Source of the DNA: Pseudomonadota bacterium
Lineage (GTDB): Bacteria; Pseudomonadota; Gammaproteobacteria; Pseudomonadales; JADFDG01
Length of the DNA: 64,000 nucleotides
NCBI GenBank assembly: GCA_049324495.1
Contig: JBMOOP010000136.1
Coordinates: forward strand, 2,136 to 66,135
Direction: 5' to 3'
Shown here: positions 19,227 to 30,420 of the stretch, in pieces
How positions within the stretch are numbered: the first letter of the stretch is position 1
Layout of the letters: each line of letters begins with the position of its first letter
Translations under genes and position numbers: made by a program
The notes under the pieces: generated by a model
What the model was told of the DNA's origin: nothing
What the model saw: the letters and a program-made list of their open reading frames with translations, nothing else
Database searches by the model: none

Positions 19227-20633
19227 ATGTCAAAACGCCTGGTCGGCTTCATCAGCCGCGTTCTGAATGGCAGCAAGGAACCCAAAGCCGAGCTGCGCGT
19301 CATCCCCCGTGAAGCACACCATGTCTCACGCAAGAACATCAGCCCAAATGCGCTGAAAGTGCTTTATCGCCTGAAGGATGCCGGCTACGAGGCCTACCTC
19401 GTCGGTGGTGGCGTGCGCGACCTGCTGCTCGACGGCCACCCCAAGGACTTCGACGTTGCCACCAGCGCGACGCCCGAACAGGTCAAACGGGTCTTCGGCA
19501 ACTGCCGGCTGATCGGCCGCCGCTTCCGACTGGCCCACATCCTCTTTGGCCGCGAGGTTGTCGAAGTCGCGACCTTCCGCGCCAATCATCTGCCGGACGA
19601 CCCGGGTGATGATGAGCACATCCCGGACGACGAAGACGCCAACGGCTCGGTACACGGCTCCACCGGCATGATTCTGCGCGACAATGTCTGGGGCAGTGTC
19701 GAGCAGGATGCCCTGCGCCGCGATTTCACCGTCAATGCGCTCTATTACAACATCGAGAACTTCGCGATCCACGACTACGTCGGCGGCATGAAAGATCTCG
19801 AGAAGAAACGCCTGCGGCTGATCGGCGACCCGGAAACGCGTTACCGGGAAGATCCGGTGCGCATGCTGCGCGCCATCCGTTTTGCCGCCAAGCTGGGCTT
19901 TACCGTCGAGGCCGGCACGGCAAAACCGATTGCCCAATTGAAGCCCCTGCTGCAACAGGTACCGCCAGCGCGCCTGTTCGACGAAATGCTCAAACTGTTG
20001 CTGGCCGGTTATGGCCACGCCAGTTGGGAATGGCTCGAACGCTTTGGCCTCGACGAAGTGCTGTTCCCCGATACCGCGCACCTTATCCGACGCGACGCCA
20101 ACGCGCGGAAATTCCTGTTGGTCGCGCTCGACAATTCCGATCGGCGTATCGCCGAGGGCAAAACCGTTACGCCCGCATTCCTGTTCGCCGCCCTGCTATG
20201 GCCAGAAGTCAGTCGTCGCTATCAACAACTGCTGAGCGAAGGCGTTAACGATCTCGCCGCCATGGCCCAGGCCGGCCAGCAGGTGCTCGACGAGCAGTAT
20301 CGCATCGTCGCCATTCCGCGCCGCTTCTCGGTACCGGCACGCGAGATCTGGGAGATGCAGTTGCGCTTGCCCCGGCGCAGCGGCAAACGTGCCGAGGTTC
20401 TGCTCGGCAACTCACGGTTCCGCGCCGCCTATGATTTTCTGCTGCTGCGCGAAGCTGCCGGGCCACTGGCCGGCGAGCCACCAGACATATTTACCGAGCA
20501 ACTCGGCAGTTGGTGGAACGATTACCAGCGTGTCGATTTCGATCAGCGTCAAATCATGTTGCGCGATCTGGAAGCCAGACGGCAGCCTGGCGACACCGCT
20601 GGCCGCAAGCGCCGCCGCCGGCGCAAGAGCTGA
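19227..20633 (+). CDS. pcnB: poly(A) polymerase I
   Basis: 468 aa with the nucleotidyltransferase motif YLVGGGVRDLLLDGHPKDFDVAT and a basic C-terminal tail (GRKRRRRRKS). Confidence 0.9.
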   Translation: MSKRLVGFISRVLNGSKEPKAELRVIPREAHHVSRKNISPNALKVLYRLKDAGYEAYLVGGGVRDLLLDGHPKDFDVATSATPEQVKRVFGNCRLIGRRFRLAHILFGREVVEVATFRANHLPDDPGDDEHIPDDEDANGSVHGSTGMILRDNVWGSVEQDALRRDFTVNALYYNIENFAIHDYVGGMKDLEKKRLRLIGDPETRYREDPVRMLRAIRFAAKLGFTVEAGTAKPIAQLKPLLQQVPPARLFDEMLKLLLAGYGHASWEWLERFGLDEVLFPDTAHLIRRDANARKFLLVALDNSDRRIAEGKTVTPAFLFAALLWPEVSRRYQQLLSEGVNDLAAMAQAGQQVLDEQYRIVAIPRRFSVPAREIWEMQLRLPRRSGKRAEVLLGNSRFRAAYDFLLLREAAGPLAGEPPDIFTEQLGSWWNDYQRVDFDQRQIMLRDLEARRQPGDTAGRKRRRRRKS

Positions 20634-20652
20634 CCCGAAGAGCGCACCGCTC

Positions 20653-21162
20653 ATGTATGCCTGGATCGGTCTTGGCAGCAACATCGGCGAGCCGCCTGTG
20701 CAACTGCAGCGCGCTGTCGATGCGCTCGCCAGCCTGCCTGGCACAAAGGTCATCGCCATCTCGCCGGTCTATCGCAACCCGCCGCTGCAACAGCCGGGGC
20801 AAGCACACCAAGGCCAGCCGGACTACCTTAATGCGGTTGCGCAGCTCGATACGGCGCTCACGCCACCGGCACTGCTCGACGCACTGCAGGCGATCGAACA
20901 GGCGCAAGGTCGCGTACGGCGCGAACACTGGAGCGCGCGCACACTCGATCTCGACCTGCTTCTGCACGGCAACACGCTGATCGCCAGCGCGCACCTGACC
21001 CTGCCACATCCAGGCATTACCGAGCGACGCTTCGTCCTGCAACCGCTGTATGACATTGCGCCGACACTCACGCTGCCGGATGGTCGCGCGATATGTGAGC
21101 TGCTGGCTCACTGTCCACCCTCACCACTGGTCCGCGAGGACGATCTGTGCCTGCCACATTGA
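20653..21162 (+). CDS. folK: 2-amino-4-hydroxy-6-hydroxymethyldihydropteridine diphosphokinase
   Basis: 169 aa from [12 protein letters not shown] with the HPPK motifs RTLDLDLLL and [13 protein letters not shown]. The track ORF from 20389 is an upstream extension that overlaps pcnB. Confidence 0.9.
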   Translation: MYAWIGLGSNIGEPPVQLQRAVDALASLPGTKVIAISPVYRNPPLQQPGQAHQGQPDYLNAVAQLDTALTPPALLDALQAIEQAQGRVRREHWSARTLDLDLLLHGNTLIASAHLTLPHPGITERRFVLQPLYDIAPTLTLPDGRAICELLAHCPPSPLVREDDLCLPH

Positions 21163-21223
21163 CCTGATCGATCACGACACCGACTATAGTGCAGCGCGTT
21201 CTTTGTATTCCGAGGTCAACGCC

Positions 21224-22042
21224 ATGTCCTACCTGAGCGAATCCACTCGCAAGCCTGTGACCATCGCAACGCTGCACAAGATGAAGGCAGCGCGCGAAAA
21301 GTTCACCGTGCTGACTGCCTACGATGCAAGCTTCGCAACCTTGCTGTCGCGTTGCGGTGTCGATGTGATCCTGGTTGGCGATTCTCTGGGCATGGTTCTG
21401 CAGGGCCACGACAGCACGCTGCCGGTATCGATCGACGACATGTGCTATCACGTCGCCTGCGTCAAACGCGGCAACGAAGCCGCGTTGATCATGGCCGACC
21501 TGCCGTTCATGGGCACTGCCACCATCCAACGCTGCCTTGACTGGTCTGGCCGGCTCATGGCGGCCGGCGCACACATGGTGAAGATTGAAGGTGGCGGCTG
21601 GCTTGCCGAGACAATTGTGGCGCTCAAGCGCAGCGGCATTCCGGTATGTGCCCACCTGGGGCTCACGCCGCAATCGGTGCACACTTTTGGCGGCTACAAG
21701 GTACAGGGGCGCGACGATGCACAAGCTGCAGCCATCATTGCCGATGCAAAAGTGCTGGCAGCCGCCGGCACCGACCTGTTTTTGTTCGAGTGCATTCCGC
21801 GGCCGCTCGCGCAACGGATCATGGCTGCTGTGCACAACCCGGTCATCGGCATCGGTGCGGCGCCGGAGTGCGACGGCCAGGTACTGGTGCTGCACGATAT
21901 TCTCGGCGTATCGCCCGGCAAGCCGGCGCGCTTCGTAAAGAATTTTCTCGCCGGCCGCAGTGATGGTGTCGAAGGTGCGGTACGGGCGTATGTGGACGCC
22001 GTGAAAAAAGGCGAATTTCCTGCTGCCGAACATTGTTTTTGA
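21224..22042 (+). CDS. panB: 3-methyl-2-oxobutanoate hydroxymethyltransferase
   Basis: 272 aa with [17 protein letters not shown] and VKIEGG. Confidence 0.92.
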   Translation: MSYLSESTRKPVTIATLHKMKAAREKFTVLTAYDASFATLLSRCGVDVILVGDSLGMVLQGHDSTLPVSIDDMCYHVACVKRGNEAALIMADLPFMGTATIQRCLDWSGRLMAAGAHMVKIEGGGWLAETIVALKRSGIPVCAHLGLTPQSVHTFGGYKVQGRDDAQAAAIIADAKVLAAAGTDLFLFECIPRPLAQRIMAAVHNPVIGIGAAPECDGQVLVLHDILGVSPGKPARFVKNFLAGRSDGVEGAVRAYVDAVKKGEFPAAEHCF

Positions 22043-22045
22043 ATC

Positions 22046-22903
22046 ATGCAAACCGTCCATACCATTGCTGCTGTACGCGCCCAGGTGCATGCCTGGCGGC
22101 AGGCCGGCGACAACATCGCCTTCGTCCCGACCATGGGCAATCTGCACGCCGGTCACATTGCGCTGGTCCACGAAGGCCGTCAGGTTGCACAGCGTGTTGT
22201 CGCCAGCATTTTCGTCAATCCGACCCAATTCGGGCCGAACGAGGATTTCGACAAGTATCCGCGCACGCTGGCTAACGACAGCGCCCAACTCGTCGCCGCC
22301 GGCTGTGATCTGCTCTTCGCGCCCTCGGTCGACGAGATGTACCCGCACGGCAAGACCCAGACGATCGTTCACGTCCCCGGCCTGGGCGATGCGCTTTGTG
22401 GCCGTTCCCGACCGGGCCACTTCGACGGCGTCTCGACCGTCGTCAGCAAACTGTTCCATATCGTGCAGCCGGACATCGCCCTGTTCGGCCAGAAAGATTT
22501 CCAGCAACTGGCCATCATCCGCCGCATGACCGCCGACCTTGCCTTCCCGATCCGCATTCTCGGGATCCCCACGGTACGGGAACCCGGCGGCCTGGCCCTG
22601 AGCTCGCGCAACGGCTTTCTTGACGCCAAACAGCGCGAGACGGCGACCGTGATCTATCAGGCCCTGTGCGCCACCCGCGACGCGATCCTGGCCGGGCGCC
22701 GGGATTACGACACCCTCGCTGCGGAGGCGGCCCGGACCATCAACGCCGCCGGGTTGACGGTTGACTACTGCGAGCTGCGCGATGGCCATGATCTGATGCC
22801 GGCGACGCCGGCCAGCAACTATCTGCTGATTGCCGCTGCCGCCCACCTCGGCACCACTCGCCTGATCGATAACATCGCGTTTTCTCTCGGGAAATCCGCA
22901 TAG
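22046..22903 (+). CDS. panC: pantoate--beta-alanine ligase
   Basis: 285 aa with the PTMGNLHAGH (HIGH-type) motif and FGQKDFQQ. Confidence 0.92.
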   Translation: MQTVHTIAAVRAQVHAWRQAGDNIAFVPTMGNLHAGHIALVHEGRQVAQRVVASIFVNPTQFGPNEDFDKYPRTLANDSAQLVAAGCDLLFAPSVDEMYPHGKTQTIVHVPGLGDALCGRSRPGHFDGVSTVVSKLFHIVQPDIALFGQKDFQQLAIIRRMTADLAFPIRILGIPTVREPGGLALSSRNGFLDAKQRETATVIYQALCATRDAILAGRRDYDTLAAEAARTINAAGLTVDYCELRDGHDLMPATPASNYLLIAAAAHLGTTRLIDNIAFSLGKSA

Positions 22904-23059
22904 CCTCTCTCACATAGCCGCTTACAATCGGGGCTGGTAACCGGCGCCATTGTCTGGCAAAGTCTCGCGCCTCTTTGGGTGAACCTGGGCTAGTATCCCC
23001 GTCGTTCCCAGCCCCAATCCAAAGAGGAGTGAGGGGTATAGACCGGCCAGGAGGTGAAC

Positions 23060-23440
23060 ATGCAGTCCATCATGCTGAAAGCCAAGCTGCACCGCGCCCG
23101 TGTGACGCACTCGGAATTGGACTACGAGGGCTCCTGCGCCATTGACGGCGACCTGCTCGACCTCGCGGGCATCCACGAGTACGAGCAAATTCAGATCTAC
23201 AACATCACCAATGGCGAGCGGTTCACAACCTATGCCATCCGTGCCGAAAAAGGCTCGCGCATGATTTCGGTGAACGGAGCCGCCGCCCACAAAGCGAAGA
23301 CTGGCGATCTCGTCATCATCTGCGCCTATGCGCAATACACCCCGGCCGAACTGCTCAACTTCAAGCCGCGCATGGTCTATTTCAGCGAAGGCAACGTGGT
23401 CTCCCACACAGCCAACGCCATCCCGGTGCAGGTTGCCTGA
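23060..23440 (+). CDS. panD: aspartate 1-decarboxylase (pyruvoyl-dependent)
   Basis: 126 aa with [12 protein letters not shown] and the self-cleavage site [13 protein letters not shown] lies 6 nt upstream of the ATG at 23060. Confidence 0.9.
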   Translation: MQSIMLKAKLHRARVTHSELDYEGSCAIDGDLLDLAGIHEYEQIQIYNITNGERFTTYAIRAEKGSRMISVNGAAAHKAKTGDLVIICAYAQYTPAELLNFKPRMVYFSEGNVVSHTANAIPVQVA

Positions 23441-23464
23441 TGCCAGCTGCCTGATTACCGTCTG

Positions 23465-23494
23465 AAACGCCCGCCCTCCGCGGGCGTTTTTATT
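23465..23494 (+). terminator. intrinsic terminator after panD
   Basis: AAACGCCCGC (23465-74) pairs with GCGGGCGTTT (23480-89) around a 5-nt loop. A TTTTTATT tail follows. Confidence 0.7.
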
Positions 23495-23647
23495 AGTGCC
23501 CTCATCGGCAGCAATAGCAGGCGATTTATGTTGCCTGCTACAGCCCCCGCCTTGAGCAGCCCTCTTCTTTCAGGGAAAGTAGGCCTTCCCGCCGGCCACA
23601 CTGGCAACCTTCTCCACGATCGACGCGCCCAGCCAAGGAGTCCTGTG

Positions 23648-25585
23648 ATGAGCGAAGTCCACCTGTACCCTGTTCCGGAATCCTTCCAGCGCACCACGTT
23701 GATGACGCGCGAGAAGTACGACCTCTGGTACAAGGAATCCATCGAACACCCGGAGAAATTCTGGGCAGCACGCGCCACTGAATTCCTCACATTTTTCAAA
23801 CCCTGGACTACCGTGGTCAGCGCCGACTTCCACAAGGCTGAGGCCCGCTGGTTTGCGGGAGCCGAGCTCAACGTCAGTTACAACTGCCTTGATCGGCATC
23901 TGGAAAATCGCGCAGATCAGGTCGCGATCATTTGGGAAGGCGACGAGCCTGGCGACGCCGCGAAGATCACCTACCGTGAGTTGCACGAAAAAGTCTGCCG
24001 CCTCGCCAATGTCCTGAAGGCGCGCGGCGTGAAAAAAGGCGATCGCGTCTGCATCTACATGCCTATGGTGCCGGAAGCAGCCGTTGCCATGCTGGCCTGT
24101 ACGCGCATCGGCGCCATTCATTCGGTAGTGTTCGGCGGTTTCTCGCCGGAATCACTGAAGGACCGCATCCTTGATGCTGATTGCCGCATGGTAATTACCG
24201 CCGACGAAGGTTTACGCGGCGGCAAAAAGGTGCCACTGAAAGCCAATACTGACGCGGCGCTGCTGCAATGCCCGAACGTACATACCGTGATCGTACTCAA
24301 ACGTACCGGCGGCAACATCGCCTGGTACCCGGAACGCGATATCTGGTACCACGAACACAGCGCACAGGCATCCGCCGTTTGCGCGCCGGAGTCCATGCAG
24401 GCAGAGGACCCCCTGTTTATTCTGTATACCTCTGGCTCCACCGGAAAACCCAAGGGCGTTCTGCATACCACCGCCGGCTATTTACTGCAGGCGACAATGA
24501 CGTACAAGTACATCTTCGATTATCACGAGGGTGAAGTTTTCTGGTGTACGGCCGATGTCGGCTGGGTCACCGGCCACTCGTATATCGTCTACGGGCCGCT
24601 GGCCAACGGCGCCATCACGCTGATGTTTGAAGGCGTGCCCACTTATCCGGATGCCTCACGTTTCTGGCAGGTGATCGACAAATACCAAGTAAATATTTTC
24701 TATACCGCACCCACGGCATTGCGCGCACTGATGGCTCTTGGCGACGAACCGGTGAAAAAAACAAAGCGCTCGTCACTGCGATTGATCGGTTCGGTCGGTG
24801 AGCCGATCAATCCGGAGGCCTGGGAGTGGTATCACCGTGTGGTCGGTGATGGCCGCTGCCCCATTGTCGATACCTGGTGGCAAACGGAAACCGGCAGCGC
24901 GATGATCGCACCGCTGCCGGGGGCCTTCACGCTGAAGCCTGGCTCAGCCACGCTGCCGTTTTTCGGCGTCAAACCCGAACTGGTCGACAGCGAAGGCAAT
25001 ATTTTGCACGGCGCAGTCAGCGGCAATCTGGTCATTACCGCAAGTTGGCCGGGACAAATCCGCAGTGTGTACGGCGATCACCAACGCTGCATCGACACCT
25101 ATTTCTCCACCTACAAGGGGAAATATTTCACCGGCGACGGAGCCCGGCGCGACGAAGACGGTTACTGGTGGATCACCGGTCGGGTCGATGATGTGTTGAA
25201 TGTCTCCGGTCATCGCCTGGGCACAGCGGAAGTGGAAAGTGCGCTGGTACTGCATCCGCATGTCGCCGAGGCCGCCGTCGTCGGCTACCCGCACAGCATC
25301 AAGGGCCAGGGAATCTACTGTTATGTCACCCTGATGAAAGGCGTTGTCGTTACGGATGAATTGCGCAAAGAGCTTGCCGCTTTCGTGGCAAAGGAAATCG
25401 GCGCCATCGCCAGGCCCGACATCATCCAGTTTGCACCCGGCCTGCCAAAAACGCGTTCCGGGAAAATCATGCGGCGGATTCTGCGCAAGATCGCCGCCAA
25501 TGAAATTGATGCGCTGGGCGACACCTCCACACTGGCAGACCCATCGGTGGTCAGCGACCTGATCGCGCAGCGTCTGAACAAGTGA
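23648..25585 (+). CDS. acs: acetyl-CoA synthetase (AMP-forming)
   Basis: 645 aa from [11 protein letters not shown] with the AMP-binding motif [11 protein letters not shown] and the C-terminal [13 protein letters not shown] (acetylation-site lysine context). Confidence 0.93.
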   Translation: MSEVHLYPVPESFQRTTLMTREKYDLWYKESIEHPEKFWAARATEFLTFFKPWTTVVSADFHKAEARWFAGAELNVSYNCLDRHLENRADQVAIIWEGDEPGDAAKITYRELHEKVCRLANVLKARGVKKGDRVCIYMPMVPEAAVAMLACTRIGAIHSVVFGGFSPESLKDRILDADCRMVITADEGLRGGKKVPLKANTDAALLQCPNVHTVIVLKRTGGNIAWYPERDIWYHEHSAQASAVCAPESMQAEDPLFILYTSGSTGKPKGVLHTTAGYLLQATMTYKYIFDYHEGEVFWCTADVGWVTGHSYIVYGPLANGAITLMFEGVPTYPDASRFWQVIDKYQVNIFYTAPTALRALMALGDEPVKKTKRSSLRLIGSVGEPINPEAWEWYHRVVGDGRCPIVDTWWQTETGSAMIAPLPGAFTLKPGSATLPFFGVKPELVDSEGNILHGAVSGNLVITASWPGQIRSVYGDHQRCIDTYFSTYKGKYFTGDGARRDEDGYWWITGRVDDVLNVSGHRLGTAEVESALVLHPHVAEAAVVGYPHSIKGQGIYCYVTLMKGVVVTDELRKELAAFVAKEIGAIARPDIIQFAPGLPKTRSGKIMRRILRKIAANEIDALGDTSTLADPSVVSDLIAQRLNK

Positions 25586-25595
25586 GGATCAGACC

Positions 25596-26285
25596 ATGAA
25601 AAAACTACTTGCCGTCGCGCTCGTTCTCGGCGCGAGCATGGGCGCCAGCGCCGAGCCTCTGAACTACGACGTCATCAATCTGCAGGCCGATGCCCGTGCC
25701 GAAGTGGCGAACGATCTGCTCACAGCGACACTGTTCATTGAGACAAGCAATGCGAATGCCGCCACGCTCGCCGCCGATGTGAACCACGCGTTGAATCAGG
25801 GCATCCGGCTCGTGCACGAATTCCCCGGTGTGAAGATCGAAAGCGGAGCACAGTCAACCTGGCCAACTTACGACGTCAAAAACAAACTGACCGGCTGGCG
25901 TACCCGTGCCGAACTGCGGGTCGAGAGCAAAGATTTCGATGCCGCCTCCCGGGCCATTGCAAAAATTACCGGCAGCATGCAGCTCGCCGGTATCAGTTTT
26001 GTGCCGTCACCAGAGACGATAACTGCAACCGAAAATCGTCTGATTGATGCCGCACTCAAGGCATTCCGTACCCGCGCCGACATCATCAGCAAATCAATGG
26101 GCGCGCGAACATGGAAATCAGTCAATCTCAACATCAACACCGGCGGCGACGGGCCGATGCTCATGCCGAAATACCGGGCGGCACCTATGGCGATGGCTGT
26201 TGATGCGGTGCCGGCACAGGAGCTTGCGGCCGGCAACAGTGAAATCACGGTGTCGGTGAACGGGATGATTCAGTTGCAGCCTTGA
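25596..26285 (+). CDS. periplasmic SIMPL-domain (YggE-like) protein
   Basis: 229 aa with a signal peptide (MKKLLAVALVLGASMGASA). Its beta-rich composition and length match the SIMPL/DUF541 family pattern. It begins 10 nt after acs. Confidence 0.75.
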   Translation: MKKLLAVALVLGASMGASAEPLNYDVINLQADARAEVANDLLTATLFIETSNANAATLAADVNHALNQGIRLVHEFPGVKIESGAQSTWPTYDVKNKLTGWRTRAELRVESKDFDAASRAIAKITGSMQLAGISFVPSPETITATENRLIDAALKAFRTRADIISKSMGARTWKSVNLNINTGGDGPMLMPKYRAAPMAMAVDAVPAQELAAGNSEITVSVNGMIQLQP

Positions 26286-26334
26286 GGGTTGCCGGCAACG
26301 CGCCATCGGCAGCGCGCAGGCAAAACGCGCGGGT

Positions 26335-26360
26335 AAAAAAGGGGCCTTGCGGCCCCTTTC
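26335..26360. terminator. bidirectional intrinsic terminator between the convergent SIMPL gene and pnp
   Basis: AAAAAA-GGGGCC-ttgc-GGCCCC-TTTC. This reads as a stem plus T6 on the minus strand (pnp) and a stem plus TTT on the plus strand. Confidence 0.65.
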
Positions 26361-26395
26361 CATCACCCAATACCAGCAAGAAAAAACGCCGGGGC

Positions 26396-28486
26396 TTATG
26401 CCTCCTTCGCTTCCTTCATCGACAGCTTGATGCGACCGCGGTTGTCCACGTCCAGCACCTTCACTTTCACCATCTGGCCTTCCGAAAGAAAATCGGTGAC
26501 GGCATTGACCCGCTCGTCGGAAATCTGCGAGATGTGCAGCAAGCCATCAACGCCCGGCATGATCTGCACAAAGGCGCCGAAATCGACAATCCGCACCACC
26601 TTGCCTTCGTAAATCGCGCCGATCTCGGCTTCCGCCGTCACGCCTTCAACGCGCTTGACCGCAGCATCGGCTGATTCTTTGGTCTCACCGTAAATGCGCA
26701 CGGTGCCATCGTCGTTGATATCGATGGTGGCGCCGGTTTCTTCGCAGATTGCGCGGATGGTCGCACCACCCTTGCCAATAACATCGCGAATCTTGTCGGG
26801 ATTGATCTTCATCTGCACGAAGGTGGGTGCGTTGGCACTCAGTTCAGCGCGCGGGCTCGCCAGCACTTTGTTCATCTCGCCCAGAATGTGGATCCGACCT
26901 TCGCGTGCCTGGTTAAGCGCAACTTCCATGATCTCTTCGGTGATGCCGGTGATCTTGATATCCATTTGCAGGGCGGTAACGCCCCGGGTGGTGCCAGCCA
27001 CCTTGAAGTCCATGTCGCCGAGGTGATCTTCATCACCGAGAATATCGGAGAGTACCGCGAAGCGCTCGCCTTCCTTCACCAGGCCCATGGCAATACCGGC
27101 TACCGGTGCCTTCAGCGGCACACCCGCATCCATCAGCGCCAGCGATGAACCGCAGATCGACGCCATCGACGACGAACCGTTCGACTCGGTGATCTCGGAT
27201 ACCACGCGGATAGCGTACGGAAAGACATCTTCAGCCGGCAGTACAGCGGCAACACCGCGCCGGGCGAGACGACCATGACCGATTTCGCGACGCTTCGGCG
27301 TACCGACACGGCCGGTTTCGCCTACCGAGTACGGAGGGAAATTGTAATGCAGCATGAAACGATCGTTACGCGTGCCGGCAAGCCCTTCGATCATCTGCGC
27401 ATCGCGCATCGAACCGAGCGTGGCAACAACGATGGCCTGCGTTTCACCGCGGGTGAATATCGCCGAGCCGTGCGTCCTGCCAAGCGAGCCGGTCTCGACG
27501 AAGATGCGGCGTACGGTCTTGCTGTCACGGCCGTCGATACGCGGCTTGGCGTCGAGAATATTGCGGCGAACCATGGTGTATTCCAGGTTGCCAAACACTT
27601 CCTTCACTTCGTCGGCTTTCGGTTTGCCTTCTTCCTCACCGGAGAATTGGGCGATAGCCTGCGTACGCAATACGCCAAGTGTTTCGTAGCGCTTCTGCTT
27701 GTCGGTGATCAGGTACGCAGCAGAAATCGCGGCGGCAAAATTGGAATCAATCTGGGCCTTCAGCGTTTCGTTTTCTGCCGGCGCCTGCCAGTTCCACTTC
27801 GGTCTGGCGGCCTGGGCGGCCAGCTCATTGATCGCCTTGATCGCGGCCTGCATTTCCGTATGACCGAACAGCACGGCACCAAGCATTTCGTCTTCGCTCA
27901 GCTCTTTGGCTTCCGATTCAACCATCAGTACTGCGTCGGCAGTGCCGGCAACAACGAGGTCAAGATCGGATTCAGCAAGTTGTGTGTATGTCGGGTTGAG
28001 GATGTACTCACCGCTGCGGTAACCAACGCGCGCGGCACCGATCGGGCCCTGGAAAGGGATGCCGGCCAGCGTCAGCGCTGCAGAGGCGCCCAGCAACGCG
28101 GCGATATCCGGGTCGTTGTCCTTGTCGGCAGACATCACTGTGGCGATAACCTGGACTTCATTCTTGAAGCCCTCCGGGAACAGCGGGCGAATCGGGCGAT
28201 CAATCAAACGGGAGGTGAGCGTTTCCTTCTCGGTCGGACGCCCTTCACGCTTGAAGAAACCGCCCGGGATACGGCCGGCAGCGTAGGTACGCTCCTGGTA
28301 GTCGACAGTCAGCGGAAAGAAATCCTGGCCGGGCTTCGCTTCCTTCTTCGCCACGACCGTCACCAGCACGGCGGTATCACCGATGGTGGTCATCACCGCC
28401 GCCGTTGCCTGGCGGGCGATGTAACCGGTTTCCAGAACGACTTTTTGTGCGCCGTACTGAAACTCCTTGCGGACTTTGTTGAACAT
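26396..28486 (-). CDS. pnp: polyribonucleotide nucleotidyltransferase (PNPase)
   Basis: 696 aa with two RNase PH domains, a KH domain ([10 protein letters not shown]) and a C-terminal S1 domain ([15 protein letters not shown]). Confidence 0.95.
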   Translation of the reverse strand: MFNKVRKEFQYGAQKVVLETGYIARQATAAVMTTIGDTAVLVTVVAKKEAKPGQDFFPLTVDYQERTYAAGRIPGGFFKREGRPTEKETLTSRLIDRPIRPLFPEGFKNEVQVIATVMSADKDNDPDIAALLGASAALTLAGIPFQGPIGAARVGYRSGEYILNPTYTQLAESDLDLVVAGTADAVLMVESEAKELSEDEMLGAVLFGHTEMQAAIKAINELAAQAARPKWNWQAPAENETLKAQIDSNFAAAISAAYLITDKQKRYETLGVLRTQAIAQFSGEEEGKPKADEVKEVFGNLEYTMVRRNILDAKPRIDGRDSKTVRRIFVETGSLGRTHGSAIFTRGETQAIVVATLGSMRDAQMIEGLAGTRNDRFMLHYNFPPYSVGETGRVGTPKRREIGHGRLARRGVAAVLPAEDVFPYAIRVVSEITESNGSSSMASICGSSLALMDAGVPLKAPVAGIAMGLVKEGERFAVLSDILGDEDHLGDMDFKVAGTTRGVTALQMDIKITGITEEIMEVALNQAREGRIHILGEMNKVLASPRAELSANAPTFVQMKINPDKIRDVIGKGGATIRAICEETGATIDINDDGTVRIYGETKESADAAVKRVEGVTAEAEIGAIYEGKVVRIVDFGAFVQIMPGVDGLLHISQISDERVNAVTDFLSEGQMVKVKVLDVDNRGRIKLSMKEAKEA

Positions 28487-28562
28487 TGCTTTTCTTCCTT
28501 TATTTCACTTTTGGGATATCGTGGTGACAATCACGTCGTCAGGCGACAGACAGAAAAGAAAA

Positions 28563-28606
28563 AGGGCGCGGGCTTTTCCACAGGCTGGAAAAGCGCTCGC
28601 GCCCTG
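28563..28606 (-). promoter_or_regulatory. long imperfect stem-loop in the pnp 5' leader (RNase III-type autoregulatory hairpin candidate)
   Basis: GGGCGCGGGCTTTTCCA ... TGGAAAAGCGCTCGCGCCC form inverted arms in the rpsO-pnp spacer. This corresponds to the position of the E. coli pnp leader hairpin. Confidence 0.45.
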
Positions 28607-28617
28607 ATCCTGTCGCT

Positions 28618-28639
28618 ACTGCGTTCGAGCGAACGCAGT
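28618..28639 (-). terminator. rpsO terminator/attenuator hairpin
   Basis: Near-palindrome ACTGCGTTCGAGCGAACGCAGT immediately downstream of the rpsO stop. It has no strong U-tract, which fits partial read-through into pnp. Confidence 0.45.
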
Positions 28640-28641
28640 CC

Positions 28642-28911
28642 TCAACGGCGCAAGCCGAGCGTCTGGATGAGTTTCTGGTAACTGGCTTCATCGGTGCGCG
28701 CCAGATAATCAAGCAGCTTGCGGCGCTGGTTGACCATGCGGATCAGACCACGACGTGAGTGGTGATCCTTGACGTGATCCTTGAAGTGACCCTGGAGTTG
28801 GTCGATCTGCGCTGACAGCAGCGCAATCTGTACTTCCGGTGACCCCGTGTCGCCGTCCTTGCGTTGAAACTGCTGGACGACCTTTGCTTTTGCTTCTGCA
28901 GTAAGAGACAT
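28642..28911 (-). CDS. rpsO: 30S ribosomal protein S15
   Basis: 89 aa from [12 protein letters not shown] with the conserved [15 protein letters not shown]. Confidence 0.93.
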   Translation of the reverse strand: MSLTAEAKAKVVQQFQRKDGDTGSPEVQIALLSAQIDQLQGHFKDHVKDHHSRRGLIRMVNQRRKLLDYLARTDEASYQKLIQTLGLRR

Positions 28912-28981
28912 GTTATTGCTCCGTTGATGCACATGTTTTAAACCGTACTGCCGCGCATCACTGCAGCAGCCGGCACTTTTG

Positions 28982-29932
28982 TTACCCGGTATTCACCAAA
29001 CGACGGGGCGCTACGTGTCCGTCGTCACTGACTTCACCAACTCCGAGGAAAATCCTGCGCCCCTCACCTGAATTCTCATACATGGCCACTTTCGTGCCCG
29101 GAGAAATGAGCGGCTCTCCCGCCCAGACCGCCTGACCGCGGCGCATATAGTACGCGCTTTCCGGTGACAGCGTGACTGCCGGCCATCCAGCCAAGGCCGC
29201 TTCGGGTGCCAGCAACAACCGGTCCAACCCCTCTTCACCCGCTGCCCCGGCTATCCGCTCCACATCCGCGAGGGTTATCGCCTGCGCCAACGTGAATTGG
29301 CCGGCTGCCAGCCGCCGCAACGCCGTCACATGCGCACCACAGCCGAGCGCCTGGCCAATGTCCTCGACCAGACTGCGGATATAGGTGCCTTTGCTGACGT
29401 GCGCCTCGATGGCGAATGTCTGCGTATCGAACGCCTCAAGAACCAGCCGACTCACATGTACCCTGCGCGCCTCACGCGCAACCGTCACACCCTGTCGCGC
29501 CAGCTCATACAGTGGCCGGCCATTTTGTTTCAGCGCCGAAAACATCGAGGGCACCTGCAATATCTCGCCGGTAAATTGCCTTAACAGCACTTCAAATGCC
29601 GCCCGCTCGGTCGCCGGCACCGGATGCTCAGCGAGCACCTTGCCGTCGGCATCACCGCTGTCTGTGACGATGCCCAGGCGCGCCGTGGCGAGATAAACCT
29701 TGTCGGCATCAAGCAGGTATTGCGAAAACTTGGTGGCCTCCCCGAAGCACAGCGGCAACACGCCGGTGGCAAGCGGATCGAGGCTGCCGGTATGCCCGGC
29801 CTTCGCGGCACCGAACAACCACTTGACGCGTTGCAGCGCCGCATTGGAGGTCATGCCCGCAGGCTTATCCAATACCAGCACGCCATTTACCGGGCGACGG
29901 CGGCGACGCGGTTGAGCGTCAGTCGTCACCAT
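28982..29932 (-). CDS. truB: tRNA pseudouridine(55) synthase
   Basis: It has [14 protein letters not shown] and the catalytic-Asp motif [12 protein letters not shown]. The ATG at 29932 overlaps the rbfA 3' end by 14 nt. Confidence 0.9.
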   Translation of the reverse strand: MVTTDAQPRRRRRPVNGVLVLDKPAGMTSNAALQRVKWLFGAAKAGHTGSLDPLATGVLPLCFGEATKFSQYLLDADKVYLATARLGIVTDSGDADGKVLAEHPVPATERAAFEVLLRQFTGEILQVPSMFSALKQNGRPLYELARQGVTVAREARRVHVSRLVLEAFDTQTFAIEAHVSKGTYIRSLVEDIGQALGCGAHVTALRRLAAGQFTLAQAITLADVERIAGAAGEEGLDRLLLAPEAALAGWPAVTLSPESAYYMRRGQAVWAGEPLISPGTKVAMYENSGEGRRIFLGVGEVSDDGHVAPRRLVNTG

Positions 29933-30368
29933 CGTAAACCGGTTTTGTCCTGGCCGATGCGGTGCTGTCCACGGCATCGCCATCATGCCGCGCAACGATC
30001 TGACGATCCTCCTCGCGCGCCTTGTCGATCAGCTCTGACATGGCAATGCCACGGGATGGCGCCGCATCGAAGCGAAACCGCAGGTGCGGCGTCATCCGGA
30101 ATTTAATCGCACGGCCGATCTGCGTCCGCAGAAAACCCGCCGCGCTGTCCAATGCCTTCTGCGAATTTTCCGGCTCACCCTTGAGTACGGTGTACCAGAC
30201 ATCGGCATAGGAAAGATCTTTCGCCACCTCAACACTGGTGATCGTGACCATGCCAAGCCGCGGATCCTTGACCTCAAACTGAAGTAACCGCGCGAGCTCT
30301 CTTTGCACCTCGTCGCCGACGCGTTGCGGGCGACTGGAACCGGGGCGCTGAAGGAAGTCGTGGGTCAT
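29919..30368 (-). CDS. rbfA: ribosome-binding factor A
   Basis: 149 aa with a KH-like core (RVGDEVQRELARLL ... DPRLGMVTITSVEVAKDLSYADVW) and an acidic C-terminal tail. Confidence 0.9.
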   Translation of the reverse strand: MTHDFLQRPGSSRPQRVGDEVQRELARLLQFEVKDPRLGMVTITSVEVAKDLSYADVWYTVLKGEPENSQKALDSAAGFLRTQIGRAIKFRMTPHLRFRFDAAPSRGIAMSELIDKAREEDRQIVARHDGDAVDSTASARTKPVYDGDD

Positions 30369-30420
30369 GATTCAACTCGCGGATCAGCTCGAAGAAATGG
30401 CATGCATGACATCGCCGCCA

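Noticed and set aside
22904-23059. Complementary segments in the panC-panD spacer: GGGGCTGG 22930-37 with CCAGCCCC 23008-15, and CCTCTTTGG 22970-78 with CCAAAGAGG 23019-27. These could form a pseudoknot-like leader.
   Set aside because: Only two short helices were found by eye, in a GC-rich spacer. No known riboswitch class fits, and the real panD SD (GGAGG 23049-53) is not sequestered. Covariation data would be needed before calling anything.
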